This document shows positions 1 to 8,709 of a DNA stretch of 64,000 nt, piece after piece. This stretch comes from Candidatus Bathyarchaeota archaeon. Its GTDB lineage: Archaea > Thermoproteota > Bathyarchaeia > 40CM-2-53-6. Below the pieces are notes generated by a model, which was given only the letters and a program-made list of their open reading frames with translations, was not told where the DNA came from and did not search any database. The position numbers and the translations under genes were made by a program. The stretch is taken from positions 1,152,001 through 1,216,000 of the forward strand of contig CAVTBR010000001.1 of NCBI GenBank assembly GCA_963733055.1. Reading direction: 5' to 3'. Position 1 is the stretch's first letter; every line of letters begins with the position of its first letter.

Positions 1-450
1 GATTCTGTTGAGGCGGGGGTTGTAGTCTATTCTTCCCAATCCGGCGAACTTCCATGTTTCCGCCACATGGCTCCAGTTGTCAAGATCGCGTAGGTTTCCA
101 TCCCAGGTTTGGGCTCTAGCGTTCCAAGTTTCGGCCCACATCTTGCCCATAGTCAAACCCACGTCATGTCTCGCTTCCGCCGTTAGGTGTTCTTCGAATA
201 TCTCCATGTCCGCATCGGTCATCATGACCCATCTCACCATGTGGGTCTGAAGCACTCCGTCATCGGGACGCCAGGAACCTATGTCGTATTGTCTGTGATA
301 GGAAAGCAGTTTGAGTAGCATGTCTCGCATGCTTTTCTCTTTGCCGCTCACAATCTGCTTGGTGATGTAGTCGTGGCAGGACTGTGGAAAGTCAATTGAA
401 GTTCTCCTGTTGATTTTCCCTTCCACAGCACCCACGCCCTCCTCGCTCAA
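1..450 (-). CDS. Putative transcription regulator, N-terminal ribbon-helix-helix plus V4R/XylR-N-like domain (3' end outside window)
   Basis: Absent from ORF track; manual translation from TTG 450 is open to base 1: MSEEGVGAVEGKINRRTSIDFPQSCHDYITKQIVSGKEKSMRDMLLKLL...GVLQTHMVRWVMM...VGLTMGKMW...FAGLGRIDY. RHH strand-helix-helix pattern followed by a V4R-like pattern. Confidence 0.55.
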   Translation of the reverse strand, partial: MSEEGVGAVEGKINRRTSIDFPQSCHDYITKQIVSGKEKSMRDMLLKLLSYHRQYDIGSWRPDDGVLQTHMVRWVMMTDADMEIFEEHLTAEARHDVGLTMGKMWAETWNARAQTWDGNLRDLDNWSHVAETWKFAGLGRIDYNPRLNRI

Positions 451-525
451 TGTCGCACCCCCCTCTTACCCGATGTGTAACCGGAAATTGGCGGCGTAGG
501 TTACACGCCGAGCCCGTATGTTATG

Positions 526-780
526 TCAGTCTCGCCCGACGGGCGGAGGATCATGAACACCCTTTTCGTAAGCCCCATGGGCTCCGCCGCTCCAATCGCC
601 AATCCATAGTACTTGGCTTCCTAGAAGTTGACCAAGTTTCCCGTTCCAAGAAACCGCTTGTTGATGGTTCGTCGTAGCGCCAACTGAGGTTACCTTTGGG
701 ATGCCTACAGTAGCGTAACCGATCCCTATCAGCGACATCGCTAATAGAAAGAGTCCGAGAAACGTTGCCTTTCTCAACAC
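526..780 (-). CDS. Small secreted/membrane-anchored peptide (84 aa)
   Basis: Basic N-terminus, hydrophobic core and possible cleavage site (MLRKATFLGLFLLAMSLIGIGYA); GGTGA SD at 788-784; TATA-like TTAAGT at 818-813. Confidence 0.65.
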   Translation of the reverse strand: MLRKATFLGLFLLAMSLIGIGYATVGIPKVTSVGATTNHQQAVSWNGKLGQLLGSQVLWIGDWSGGAHGAYEKGVHDPPPVGRD

Positions 781-812
781 AGCTCACCTACTTGTTAGCC
801 TGCTAATCGTTC

Positions 813-895
813 ACTTAAGCTGAATCCAACATCAATATTGGATGAGCACATAGCGAAACTTAGAACTGCACATTCAGCTTGGATTCGGCTTATAG
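813..895. promoter_or_regulatory. Divergent promoter pair with 14-bp inverted repeat
   Basis: TAAGCTGAATCCAA (816-829) and TTGGATTCGGCTTA (879-892) are 13/14 reverse complements; each runs into a TATA-like box (TTAAGT on minus, TTATAG on plus). Confidence 0.55.
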
Positions 896-935
896 CCGGC
901 GGTGGTGGGCTTGTTAGTCTTGAGGGCTAAACAGA

Positions 936-1316
936 ATGTGCAGCTGTATTTTGGTGAATGTAGAGCGCCGCAATCTTGATTCCATTTTGCTGGACTCGAT
1001 GGATCAAACCCTTACGGGCATGTTTGGGGTGCAGATCACGCGGGCAATTTACAGTTACTTCGAGGAAAAGTTCGGAATCAGAAGGGAGGAGATGGTTCCC
1101 CATTTCGACAGATTGCTTTTGGCTTTCAGTGAGGCTTTTGGCGAGAGAGGCGTCCTCGAGAGGGCGGTGGCAAAGAGATTCTACGCCAACCTTGGTTTGC
1201 GGTTCATCGAGCAACCCACCTATGCGCTTTTAGACTACTTCAAGGAAGCCAAGAACCTCCTCACCGCGGAAGAACCCCTCCCCAACCATAGCGAGCCAAA
1301 CTCTTCCAGGCCTTGA
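936..1316 (+). CDS. NitrOD5/DUF3227-like small archaeal output-domain protein
   Basis: Pattern LLDSMDQTL..MFG...RAIYSYFEEKFGIRREEM..HFDR...AFSEAFG...LERAVAKRFYANLG matches this TACK archaeal family. Confidence 0.6.
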   Translation: MCSCILVNVERRNLDSILLDSMDQTLTGMFGVQITRAIYSYFEEKFGIRREEMVPHFDRLLLAFSEAFGERGVLERAVAKRFYANLGLRFIEQPTYALLDYFKEAKNLLTAEEPLPNHSEPNSSRP

Positions 1317-1464
1317 ACAACATGAGATAACCATAGACGAGAACCCAGAGGTAGAAGAATCCAGGAAGCAAACTCCCCAGTAAGTCGAACCCGAGTACTC
1401 ATACTTACCGAAGGAGTTTTGTTGAACCGTTACAGCAATTACAGATCCCTAGACGGAAACCTCT

Positions 1465-2268
1465 ATGGGGCTTGGCGTCGTTATGCAACGTGATTTACTA
1501 GCGATCTTGGGCCTGGGCGGTGCTTTTGCCGTTTTCTATGCGGTTGCACAGTCATGGGGATGGTGGCTTGTTGTATCCACTGACTTGCTTTTCGACTTAG
1601 TTTCCGGAGTTGCTGCTGTATTTGCCTTACTCGTATTGAGGGAAGACAAGAAGAGAACGCGGGATCTGCCGAACTTGAGGGAGCGGCTTCACACTGTACA
1701 CGTCGGTTTCTTTCTTGCGATTCTACTATGGTTTCTAGGTGAATTCACATGGTCCGTCTACGAGCTGGTTCTGGGAGTTCAGATACCGTATCCCTCCATT
1801 GCTGACGTCTTCTACCTGGCGGCCTATGTTCCGGCATTTGTCTCGATTTTTGGTTTCATGCGGATCTTTCAGCGGCTCCTGACACCCTTGAAAAAGCTCG
1901 TGTCACTGCTCGTCGGTGCGTCCATAGTGGGGCTCACGGCTATCTTCCTTCTCACTCCACTATCCGTGTCATCATCGCCTCTCTTCGTCAAGGCATTTGA
2001 TGTATCGTATCCTATCCTGGACGCGGCGTTGATGATATTGGTGACGATGCGGTTGATCGCGTTCAACCGAACTTTCCTCGGAAGGCCTTGGATTTGGATT
2101 TTCTCCGGGCTACTCCTCCTCTCATTTGCGGACATAATGTTCAGCTGGGGTGCCCTAGTCGGCTGGTACTACTCGGGGCATCCGATTGAACTCTTGTGGC
2201 TGTACGGGTACCTAGCATTAGCTCTAGGTTTCAATCGGCAAAGAACACAACTCTACGAACCCACCTAA
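1465..2268 (+). CDS. Stand-alone polytopic membrane sensor-type protein
   Basis: 7-8 hydrophobic segments; LWFLGEFTW..YE...PYPSIADVFYLAAY, YPILD and LLSFADIMF motifs typical of membrane input domains of GGDEF/histidine kinase proteins; no cytoplasmic output domain. Confidence 0.7.
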   Translation: MGLGVVMQRDLLAILGLGGAFAVFYAVAQSWGWWLVVSTDLLFDLVSGVAAVFALLVLREDKKRTRDLPNLRERLHTVHVGFFLAILLWFLGEFTWSVYELVLGVQIPYPSIADVFYLAAYVPAFVSIFGFMRIFQRLLTPLKKLVSLLVGASIVGLTAIFLLTPLSVSSSPLFVKAFDVSYPILDAALMILVTMRLIAFNRTFLGRPWIWIFSGLLLLSFADIMFSWGALVGWYYSGHPIELLWLYGYLALALGFNRQRTQLYEPT

Positions 2269-2287
2269 CCCAGAAAGCCGAATCGTC

Positions 2288-2518
2288 GTGATTGGTCTAG
2301 GGATGGGACGAGTGACTTTCTTCAAGAATTGGAAAGAACTGGAAAAGTCTGGCGCCGTTAAGGTCACGAGATCAGTTGGCAGAGCCACTATGTATCAGCT
2401 CGCTAGGCAGAACGATATCGTCAAACAGCTGATTCGGTTGGACATGGCCCTTGCCAGAGGAGAGATGGACAGGGCGGTCATAGAATATCAGAAGCCTGTT
2501 CTCGTGAGGTCAGGCTAA
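2288..2518 (+). pseudogene. Winged-helix regulator, N-terminally truncated
   Basis: GLGMGRVTFFKNWKELEKSGAVKVTRSVGRATMYQL is the recognition helix plus wing of an archaeal wHTH; the first helices are missing. Confidence 0.5.
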
Positions 2519-2580
2519 TCGGCGGCATTTCCTAACCTTTCAGCCGACCGCGTTGGGCTCGCTAAACCTAGTAAATCCTC

Positions 2581-3783
2581 TTAACGGTCTACGCCTGACC
2601 ATCGTGCATCCCGCTTCGGTTTGATGCCGTAAACCAGAACGGCGCCGACGAGCTGTGTCACTGCACTCGCCGCGAAAATGTACACTGGGCCAAAGGCGGT
2701 CCAAACAAAACCGAACAGTAACGGCGCGCCGATTACTCCAAGATCCTCGAATGAACCGTATATCCCAATCGTGGTTCCCTCCATCGCCGTCGGCGCCACA
2801 TCAGGAATCATCGCAAGCAACAAGGAGGTTCCTGAGAAGCCAACACCGACCGCAATCGAGACAACAAGAACCAGATAGGATGAGCCCGCGAGAAAATACA
2901 AAAGAAATAAGCCCGATGTCGCGAGTAGCCCCAGAAATGTAGTACGCTTCCTCCCGAACCTGTCAGACAACCACCCGACGACCGGCATCGCAACCAATTG
3001 AGCACCGGAAACCGAAGCAAACAGAATCCCCACATCCACCGTGGACATCCTGATTTGTTGAGAGGCATAGAGCGGGAGGAAGGAGGATGTGACGGTACGT
3101 CCCATGAAGACGAATGCTGCAGACAGGAAAAGGAACCTTGCCGATCGCTTACTCATAACCTGCCTAAGCCTGGCTACCATATCCGGCTGGGACACCTGAC
3201 GACGCGCCCCCTCACTCGGAAAAGACAATACAATGAACAAGGCCACTAGCAACGATATCGCCGAAGATACCCAGAAAGCAGACTCGAACGACCAAGTCTG
3301 CGCTATATAGGTTCCAAGCAGGGGCCCGATGACTCGGCCAAGCGCGAAGAACAACCACCAAAGGCTCGCGTACAAACCAATCGACTTCTTGGGAGAACAT
3401 TCGGAAACGTAAGACCTGGTCATCGGCCCAATAGCAACAAACGAGACGCCCGTAACAAATTGAAGCACAATGAATAGGGGGACTAGCTGATGGAACGTGA
3501 ACAGTACAGAGAGTACGCTCATCGATAGGACCGATACGAGCATCAGCAATCGGCGGTCTGTCTTGTCGCTCAAGCTGCCCCAAATCCACTCCGCCAGAAA
3601 CATTCCAACCGCTTGTACCGCCACGAGTATGCTCCAACCGATTATGTCGATTCCTAGAGAATCAACATACAGTGGCATTACGGGGCCATTGTATGAAACC
3701 GATGATGCAATACTGTAGAAGAGCAGCGTGAGGTACGCGGCTGAGACGAGGCGAACGCGAGAGTCCATGCGAATCGAATCCAA
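2581..3783 (-). CDS. MFS transporter
   Basis: About 12 TM segments; motif A copies GSLSDKTDRR and GWLSDRFGRK. Confidence 0.9.
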   Translation of the reverse strand: MDSIRMDSRVRLVSAAYLTLLFYSIASSVSYNGPVMPLYVDSLGIDIIGWSILVAVQAVGMFLAEWIWGSLSDKTDRRLLMLVSVLSMSVLSVLFTFHQLVPLFIVLQFVTGVSFVAIGPMTRSYVSECSPKKSIGLYASLWWLFFALGRVIGPLLGTYIAQTWSFESAFWVSSAISLLVALFIVLSFPSEGARRQVSQPDMVARLRQVMSKRSARFLFLSAAFVFMGRTVTSSFLPLYASQQIRMSTVDVGILFASVSGAQLVAMPVVGWLSDRFGRKRTTFLGLLATSGLFLLYFLAGSSYLVLVVSIAVGVGFSGTSLLLAMIPDVAPTAMEGTTIGIYGSFEDLGVIGAPLLFGFVWTAFGPVYIFAASAVTQLVGAVLVYGIKPKRDARWSGVDR

Positions 3784-3858
3784 GCGCCTCTAGGGATAAA
3801 CTGGAACTAACGTCGGTGAGCTATGCCTGCTAGTGCAGAGTGATAGGGGGTTGCTGAG

Positions 3859-4311
3859 TTACGGGTCGGGATTGAGTTCGGATGTTAGCGTGTCTGGCTC
3901 GAGAACGGTAGTAACCGTTCTGGCTCTCTTTGCCATCTCCTGGTCGAAGGTTACTAGGGGGCTCTTCATTTCCTTCGATACCTGAATCACAATGGCGTCC
4001 ATTCCCCTGAGGCGTAGGCTAGATGCCAGTTCGGCGCTTTCACGCGACCTATCTTCTGTCAACTCGGAATAGTTGATCAACTTCAAGTCTCCCCATTTCT
4101 GGATTTGATTCATTACCTTCCTGGCCGCTTCAGGAGTCACCCTCCGCGCGATTGCTCCGCAAACTTCCACGGGTACGATGACGCTCGTTACAACGTGAAG
4201 TTTTCCGTCGAACATTCTCTTGATTATCGCGCCTGCAGTCTGCCTATGTTCTTCGCCTTTCACGAATGCCGACACGAACACGGATGAGTCCAGTGTCGCT
4301 TCTATCATCAT
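3859..4311 (-). CDS. vapC: PIN-domain VapC toxin
   Basis: LDSSVFV, VPVEV, LRGMDAIVI and LVTFDQEM PIN motifs; start ATG 4311 overlaps the antitoxin stop (ATGA). Confidence 0.88.
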   Translation of the reverse strand: MMIEATLDSSVFVSAFVKGEEHRQTAGAIIKRMFDGKLHVVTSVIVPVEVCGAIARRVTPEAARKVMNQIQKWGDLKLINYSELTEDRSRESAELASSLRLRGMDAIVIQVSKEMKSPLVTFDQEMAKRARTVTTVLEPDTLTSELNPDP

Positions 4312-4562
4312 GGTTTTTCTCGATCCTCCCTGACCGCTTCTACGGCAGACTTGCCGCGAGGCCACGCCTTTCCAATCTCTTTAGCCAAGGTTTCAAGTTC
4401 TTCCAACAGTGCTTCCCCGGAAACGGGCGCGAGCAGTAGCCCACGTGAGGTGGGGATCTGTTCCACAATCCCGCCTTCCTTGATGCCGTACTTCTCTCTC
4501 AATTGCTTTGATATGACGACCTGTCCCTTTGCACCAACTTTGCTTCGATGCGTCAAAGTCAT
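4308..4562 (-). CDS. AbrB/MazE/SpoVT-family antitoxin
   Basis: SKVGAKGQVVISKQLREKYGIKEGG AbrB signature; GGAGGAG SD; directly upstream of the PIN gene. Confidence 0.88.
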   Translation of the reverse strand: MTLTHRSKVGAKGQVVISKQLREKYGIKEGGIVEQIPTSRGLLLAPVSGEALLEELETLAKEIGKAWPRGKSAVEAVREDREKP

Positions 4563-4711
4563 ACCACTCCTCCAGTATAACTATGCCCACTAGTATAAAT
4601 TAGGTTTCCGGTCATACCTCGACCGAATTGTGAACTGCCGACCCGCGCCAGTGCAAAAGCTTACGACGCAGTAATAGGAAGATTCCGGCGAAGACGGGGA
4701 CCCGCTGGAAG

Positions 4712-4906
4712 CTATGCGTACTGGTGCGTGCGGAGTGAACTATGGGGATTTAAGAAAATTATGCGCCTTGAAAATTCGCCGTATCCTTCACGGCTGCTTT
4801 CGCAGTGTGAAGAGCCGAGATTAACCATTCGATACCCAGATAGCACCTCGAAGTGAGTCAACACAGAGATGAGAAACTCAGAGGTGTCGAGAAAGACTCT
4901 GGTCAA
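4712..4906 (-). pseudogene. Degenerate PIN/VapC remnant
   Basis: MTRVFLDTS joined directly to EFLISVLTHFEVLSGY (PIN motifs 1 and 2 with the intervening region missing), followed by non-PIN sequence. Confidence 0.6.
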
Positions 4907-5141
4907 GCGATCTCTCCGCCGCTTTCATGTGCCTGCCAATTTTTCGCATGTCCTTGGCTAAGGCTATTATAGCGTCCGTCGTTTCCTTGGCATCACCAGC
5001 TCTGGGCGCCGCCTTTTTCACCAAAACAGCTTTGCCAGTTCTCTCAAAGACAACTGCGTCACCCGGTTTTATGTGCAGGTCTTTCGCTATGGATTTGGGA
5101 ATAGTGATTTGCAGTTTGCGCGTGACCTGATGCTGCTTCAT
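4878..5141 (-). CDS. AbrB/MazE/SpoVT-family antitoxin
   Basis: QVTRKLQITIPKSIAKDLHIKPGDAVVF AbrB signature. Confidence 0.85.
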   Translation of the reverse strand: MKQHQVTRKLQITIPKSIAKDLHIKPGDAVVFERTGKAVLVKKAAPRAGDAKETTDAIIALAKDMRKIGRHMKAAERSLDQSLSRHL

Positions 5142-5321
5142 AGTACTACTTCCTTATCAGTCATTTAATTAGCGTTTTTTGCAATGTTCTCGCTTTGGTG
5201 GTATACTCGGAATCGCCATCCATTTCTTGTGAGCAGGCAGCCCTCCGATTGACGCGATTACCCGTCCTACCTGGAGCCATCGTAGGTGACCTAACCCTGT
5301 TGTGGGGGGTGCCGAGTGAAC

Positions 5322-6146
5322 CTATGTGGGATTGAGGAACTTCTGTGCCTTAAGAAAATCTGCGGTCTCCTTCACCGCTGCCTTGTTGTCCGGTTTAGGA
5401 AGCACCTCAGCGGAGACCCAGTCTTCATACCCTATGTCTCGCAAGAGTCTTAGCTGTCCTTCGATCTTGAGGTGGCCGTGACCGGGGGGCCAACGGTCGC
5501 TATCGGCAATGTGAAAGTGTCCTATCCTCTCATGATACTTGCGCATGCTCTCCTCTATCGATGGTTCCTCAATGTTCATGTGAAAACTGTCCAAAAGAAT
5601 TCCCGTGGCCGTCAGTTGCTCAGCTTGAATTAGATCAGCCACATGGGCTGCAGTGTTCAGAAGAGAGGTCTCGTAACGGTTTATGGCCTCCAGAACGAGA
5701 CGAGCTCCCGATTCAGTTGCTGCTTTGTCACATTCCCTTAGGCTTTCAATGAGCAGCTCAACCGCATTATTCGCTGATGGGTTCCCTCTCACCATCCCGA
5801 TAACCACGACCGAATTCTCCGTGGACGCAAATCGAATGAGTCCCTTCACGATCCCGATTGCCTTTTCACGTATAGCCGGATCCGGATCGGTGAAGGAAAG
5901 GCCCTTTCCAAGGTAGATAAGGCCGGTTCCAATCGCGGCAAGCTGAAGGCCTTCGGCTCGTATTGAGTCTCTGATTCTCGAGAGTATGCTTTGATCGTCG
6001 AAGCTTAGGTTGAGCTCCACCCCGGTAAAGCCCTGCTCTCTCAGAAGTCGGAGAGCCTTCTCAAATTCGGCGAACGATGAAGCGTTCTCGAACAGGTTCG
6101 GAATCTGGTAACCTAAACCCGCCGAAACTACGAATGAGAAACGCAT
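5322..6146 (-). CDS. iolO: TIM-barrel sugar epimerase, 5-keto-L-gluconate epimerase (IolO)-like
   Basis: LEAINRYET, LLDSFHMNIEE, HFHIADSDRWPPGHGHL and SAEVLPKP motifs (D-tagatose 3-epimerase/AP endonuclease 2 fold); in the same cluster as iolM/iolN. Confidence 0.65.
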   Translation of the reverse strand: MRFSFVVSAGLGYQIPNLFENASSFAEFEKALRLLREQGFTGVELNLSFDDQSILSRIRDSIRAEGLQLAAIGTGLIYLGKGLSFTDPDPAIREKAIGIVKGLIRFASTENSVVVIGMVRGNPSANNAVELLIESLRECDKAATESGARLVLEAINRYETSLLNTAAHVADLIQAEQLTATGILLDSFHMNIEEPSIEESMRKYHERIGHFHIADSDRWPPGHGHLKIEGQLRLLRDIGYEDWVSAEVLPKPDNKAAVKETADFLKAQKFLNPT

Positions 6147-6186
6147 TATTTCACGCGACCAGTTTACTTATTGATTTTGTTCGTAA

Positions 6187-6202
6187 GCTTGATTAATCAA
6201 GC
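6187..6202. promoter_or_regulatory. Perfect 16-bp palindrome, candidate operator
   Basis: GCTTGATTAATCAAGC centred in the ~93-bp gap between the divergent iolO-like and aminotransferase genes. Confidence 0.5.
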
Positions 6203-6239
6203 ATGCTGTTTCGGCGGCGTTACTTCGGTCGTATCTGAA

Positions 6240-7613
6240 TTGGCGAAGCTTGCGGCTTTGGGTGGTACGAAAACCGTTCAACTGCCAACGTATGAGTGGC
6301 CGGTTGAGTTCCTGAAACGCTACGGGCAAAGGGAGGCTGAGGCGGTTGCTAAGGTTATTCGGAGTGGGGTTGTTTGGGGAACCTTTGCTACCGAGATTTC
6401 CGCCTTCGAGCGCGAGTTCGCCCAGTATGAAGGTACGAAGTACGCGATCTTCATGAGTTCCGGCACGGCCGCACTTCACTGCGCGATGGCCGCGGCTGGC
6501 GTTCAACCGGGCGACGAGGTGATAACGAGTCCGCACACGTTCATCGGTTCAGCCTCATGCATCCTACAGCAGGGCGCAATCCCCGTCTTCGTAGACATCG
6601 ACCCAAGAACCTACACGGTAGACCCATCCAAAATCGAAGAGAAGATCAGCAAAGCAACCAAAGTTATCGAACCCGTCCACATCTACGGCCTACCTTCCAA
6701 CATGGATGCGATCCAGAAAATTGCTGACGCACATAACCTCGTTGTCGTTGAGGACTCATGCCAGGCTCATGGGGCGGAATACAAGGGAAAGAAAGTTGGA
6801 AGCGTCGGCGACATGGGCACCTTCAGCTTCAACGGAACCAAGAACATGCAGACTGGGGAAGGTGGTATGTTCGTCACAAACAGCGATGAGTATGCGGGAA
6901 CATCGGAGAAAGTCCGCATTTTCGGAGAATCCCTTCGTCCCGGCGTCGCACGGCCTTACATGGCGGGGGGCATGGGTTGGAACTACAAGTCAAACGAAAT
7001 AACCGCCGCCCTCGGAAGAGTACAACTGAGCAGGCTGAATGAGACAAACGCCGCGAGAATCGCAATGTCGGAATTCCTCACAAGCCGAATCAGCAAACTA
7101 CCGGGCCTGGTCCCTCCATTCATTCCGGATTACGCGAAGAGCGTTTACCATTACTACAAGATCCGGGTCGATCCAGCAAAAGTCGGCTCAAGGCTGCCTG
7201 CTAAGGACTTCAGGGATCGAGTCGTCGTGGCTCTGCAGGCGGAGGGCGTGAGGGCTGCGATCTGGTGTGCTAGGCCGATATACTTGCAGCCCGTCTTCCA
7301 ATCGAGGGAGGGTTGGGGCAAAGGGTTCCCCTGGAAGAGCCCCTACGTAACAAGAGACATCACCTACCCAGAAGGCCTCTGCCCAGTTGCGGAACGAATC
7401 TCCAACGAAACCTTCAACCTCTCACTTCACCCACCCAATGGCCTAGATTTGATGGAGCAGTATGCTCAGGCTTTCGAGAAAGTAATGGGACACACGGATG
7501 AACTGGAACAGGTGAAAGTCCCACCCTGGGAAGAATGGTGGGGCGGCTACGTCCCAGCGTTCGGCAAAAAGAAACAAGAGGCTAAACTGGAAGAAATATC
7601 AGGGTACCGCTAG
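6240..7613 (+). CDS. DegT/DnrJ/EryC1/StrS PLP aminotransferase (inosose/aminocyclitol aminotransferase-like)
   Basis: SSGTAALH, EDSCQAHGA and FSFNGTKNMQTGEGG (PLP lysine); N-terminal KLAALGG; probable start TTG 6240. Confidence 0.85.
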   Translation: MAKLAALGGTKTVQLPTYEWPVEFLKRYGQREAEAVAKVIRSGVVWGTFATEISAFEREFAQYEGTKYAIFMSSGTAALHCAMAAAGVQPGDEVITSPHTFIGSASCILQQGAIPVFVDIDPRTYTVDPSKIEEKISKATKVIEPVHIYGLPSNMDAIQKIADAHNLVVVEDSCQAHGAEYKGKKVGSVGDMGTFSFNGTKNMQTGEGGMFVTNSDEYAGTSEKVRIFGESLRPGVARPYMAGGMGWNYKSNEITAALGRVQLSRLNETNAARIAMSEFLTSRISKLPGLVPPFIPDYAKSVYHYYKIRVDPAKVGSRLPAKDFRDRVVVALQAEGVRAAIWCARPIYLQPVFQSREGWGKGFPWKSPYVTRDITYPEGLCPVAERISNETFNLSLHPPNGLDLMEQYAQAFEKVMGHTDELEQVKVPPWEEWWGGYVPAFGKKKQEAKLEEISGYR

Positions 7614-7671
7614 GAAACTCAAATACTCTGGTGACTAGAAGTCCTATTCGTTGAAAACTGAGGCCTGAATC

Positions 7672-8709
7672 TTGTCCTCTCTAACGGCGAATTCTGCGTT
7701 TGGGTATGACGTCTTCTTCCCTGCTTCAATTTTCAAAATGGTAACCGATGTTCGGGTGAACGATTCTGGGGTGATTGAGAAATCGGCTGGCCGTAGAAAG
7801 AAGAGGGAGAAGCTAACGGTTGATGGGAGACTAGCTATCCTTGCTGCCGATCATCCTGCGCGGAGGGTCACTAAGTCAGGTGACGATCCTCTAGCCATGG
7901 GAAACCGCCATAGCTACCTCTCCCGGGTTCTCAGAGTCGTAACTAGCCCGGAATTCGACGGTGTCATGGGGACGACGGACGTAATCGAAGACCTCCTAAT
8001 CGTTGACCAACTCATGGTCGAACACGGGGGCAAGAGCTTCCTTGATCGTAAAGTTCTGGTCGGGTGCATGAACCGTGGAGGTTTAAGCGGTTCAGAATTC
8101 GAAATGGACGATCGATTCACCTCTTTCACGGCCGACTCCGTCAACCGACTTCGCTTGGACGGCGCAAAGATGATGTTCAGGTTGGATCTGAAAGACACAA
8201 GATCCCTTGACACCATAGTATCCTGCGCCGACGCTGTTACACAATTAAACAAGCATTCGATCGCGGTCTTCCTTGAGGCGTTCAGCGTAGAAAAAACACC
8301 GGAAGGATACAAGGCGCAGAAGAGTGCTGGTGAGCTAATCAAAACGATAGGTGTGGCTACGGCACTTGGAGATTCATCACGCGGAATTTGGTTGAAAGTT
8401 CCATATTGTGACGGCTTTGATCGGGTGGCAAAATCAACCAGTTGCCCAATCCTGATGCTGGGAGGGGAATCATTGGGGAACTTGTCGGGAGTTTTCAAGG
8501 AATTCAGCGACGGTATGGCTGCAGGACAAACCGTTAGGGGGGCGCTCGTGGGACGGAACATTCTCTACCCTGGGCAGGAAGATCCGTCAGCTGTCGCCGA
8601 CGCCGTGAGCAAAATAGTGCACCAAAACTTCACAGTTGAACAAGCCCTCAGCCACATCAAATCGGTTCGCGGCCAGAACATGGGGAACCTGACCTCGGTA
8701 ATTGCGTGA
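7672..8709 (+). CDS. Class I aldolase, Cgl0159-like (iol-cluster aldolase)
   Basis: AADHPAR, DGVMGTTDVIEDL, MNRGGL.G..FEMDDRFT, WLKVPY and GALVGRNILYP motifs of actinobacterial iol-cluster aldolases. Confidence 0.75.
   Translation: MSSLTANSAFGYDVFFPASIFKMVTDVRVNDSGVIEKSAGRRKKREKLTVDGRLAILAADHPARRVTKSGDDPLAMGNRHSYLSRVLRVVTSPEFDGVMGTTDVIEDLLIVDQLMVEHGGKSFLDRKVLVGCMNRGGLSGSEFEMDDRFTSFTADSVNRLRLDGAKMMFRLDLKDTRSLDTIVSCADAVTQLNKHSIAVFLEAFSVEKTPEGYKAQKSAGELIKTIGVATALGDSSRGIWLKVPYCDGFDRVAKSTSCPILMLGGESLGNLSGVFKEFSDGMAAGQTVRGALVGRNILYPGQEDPSAVADAVSKIVHQNFTVEQALSHIKSVRGQNMGNLTSVIA

Noticed and set aside
7914-8561. 215-aa minus-strand ORF
   Set aside because: Antisense shadow of the aldolase gene with no recognisable motifs; the same applies to the many other short overlapping ORFs in the track.
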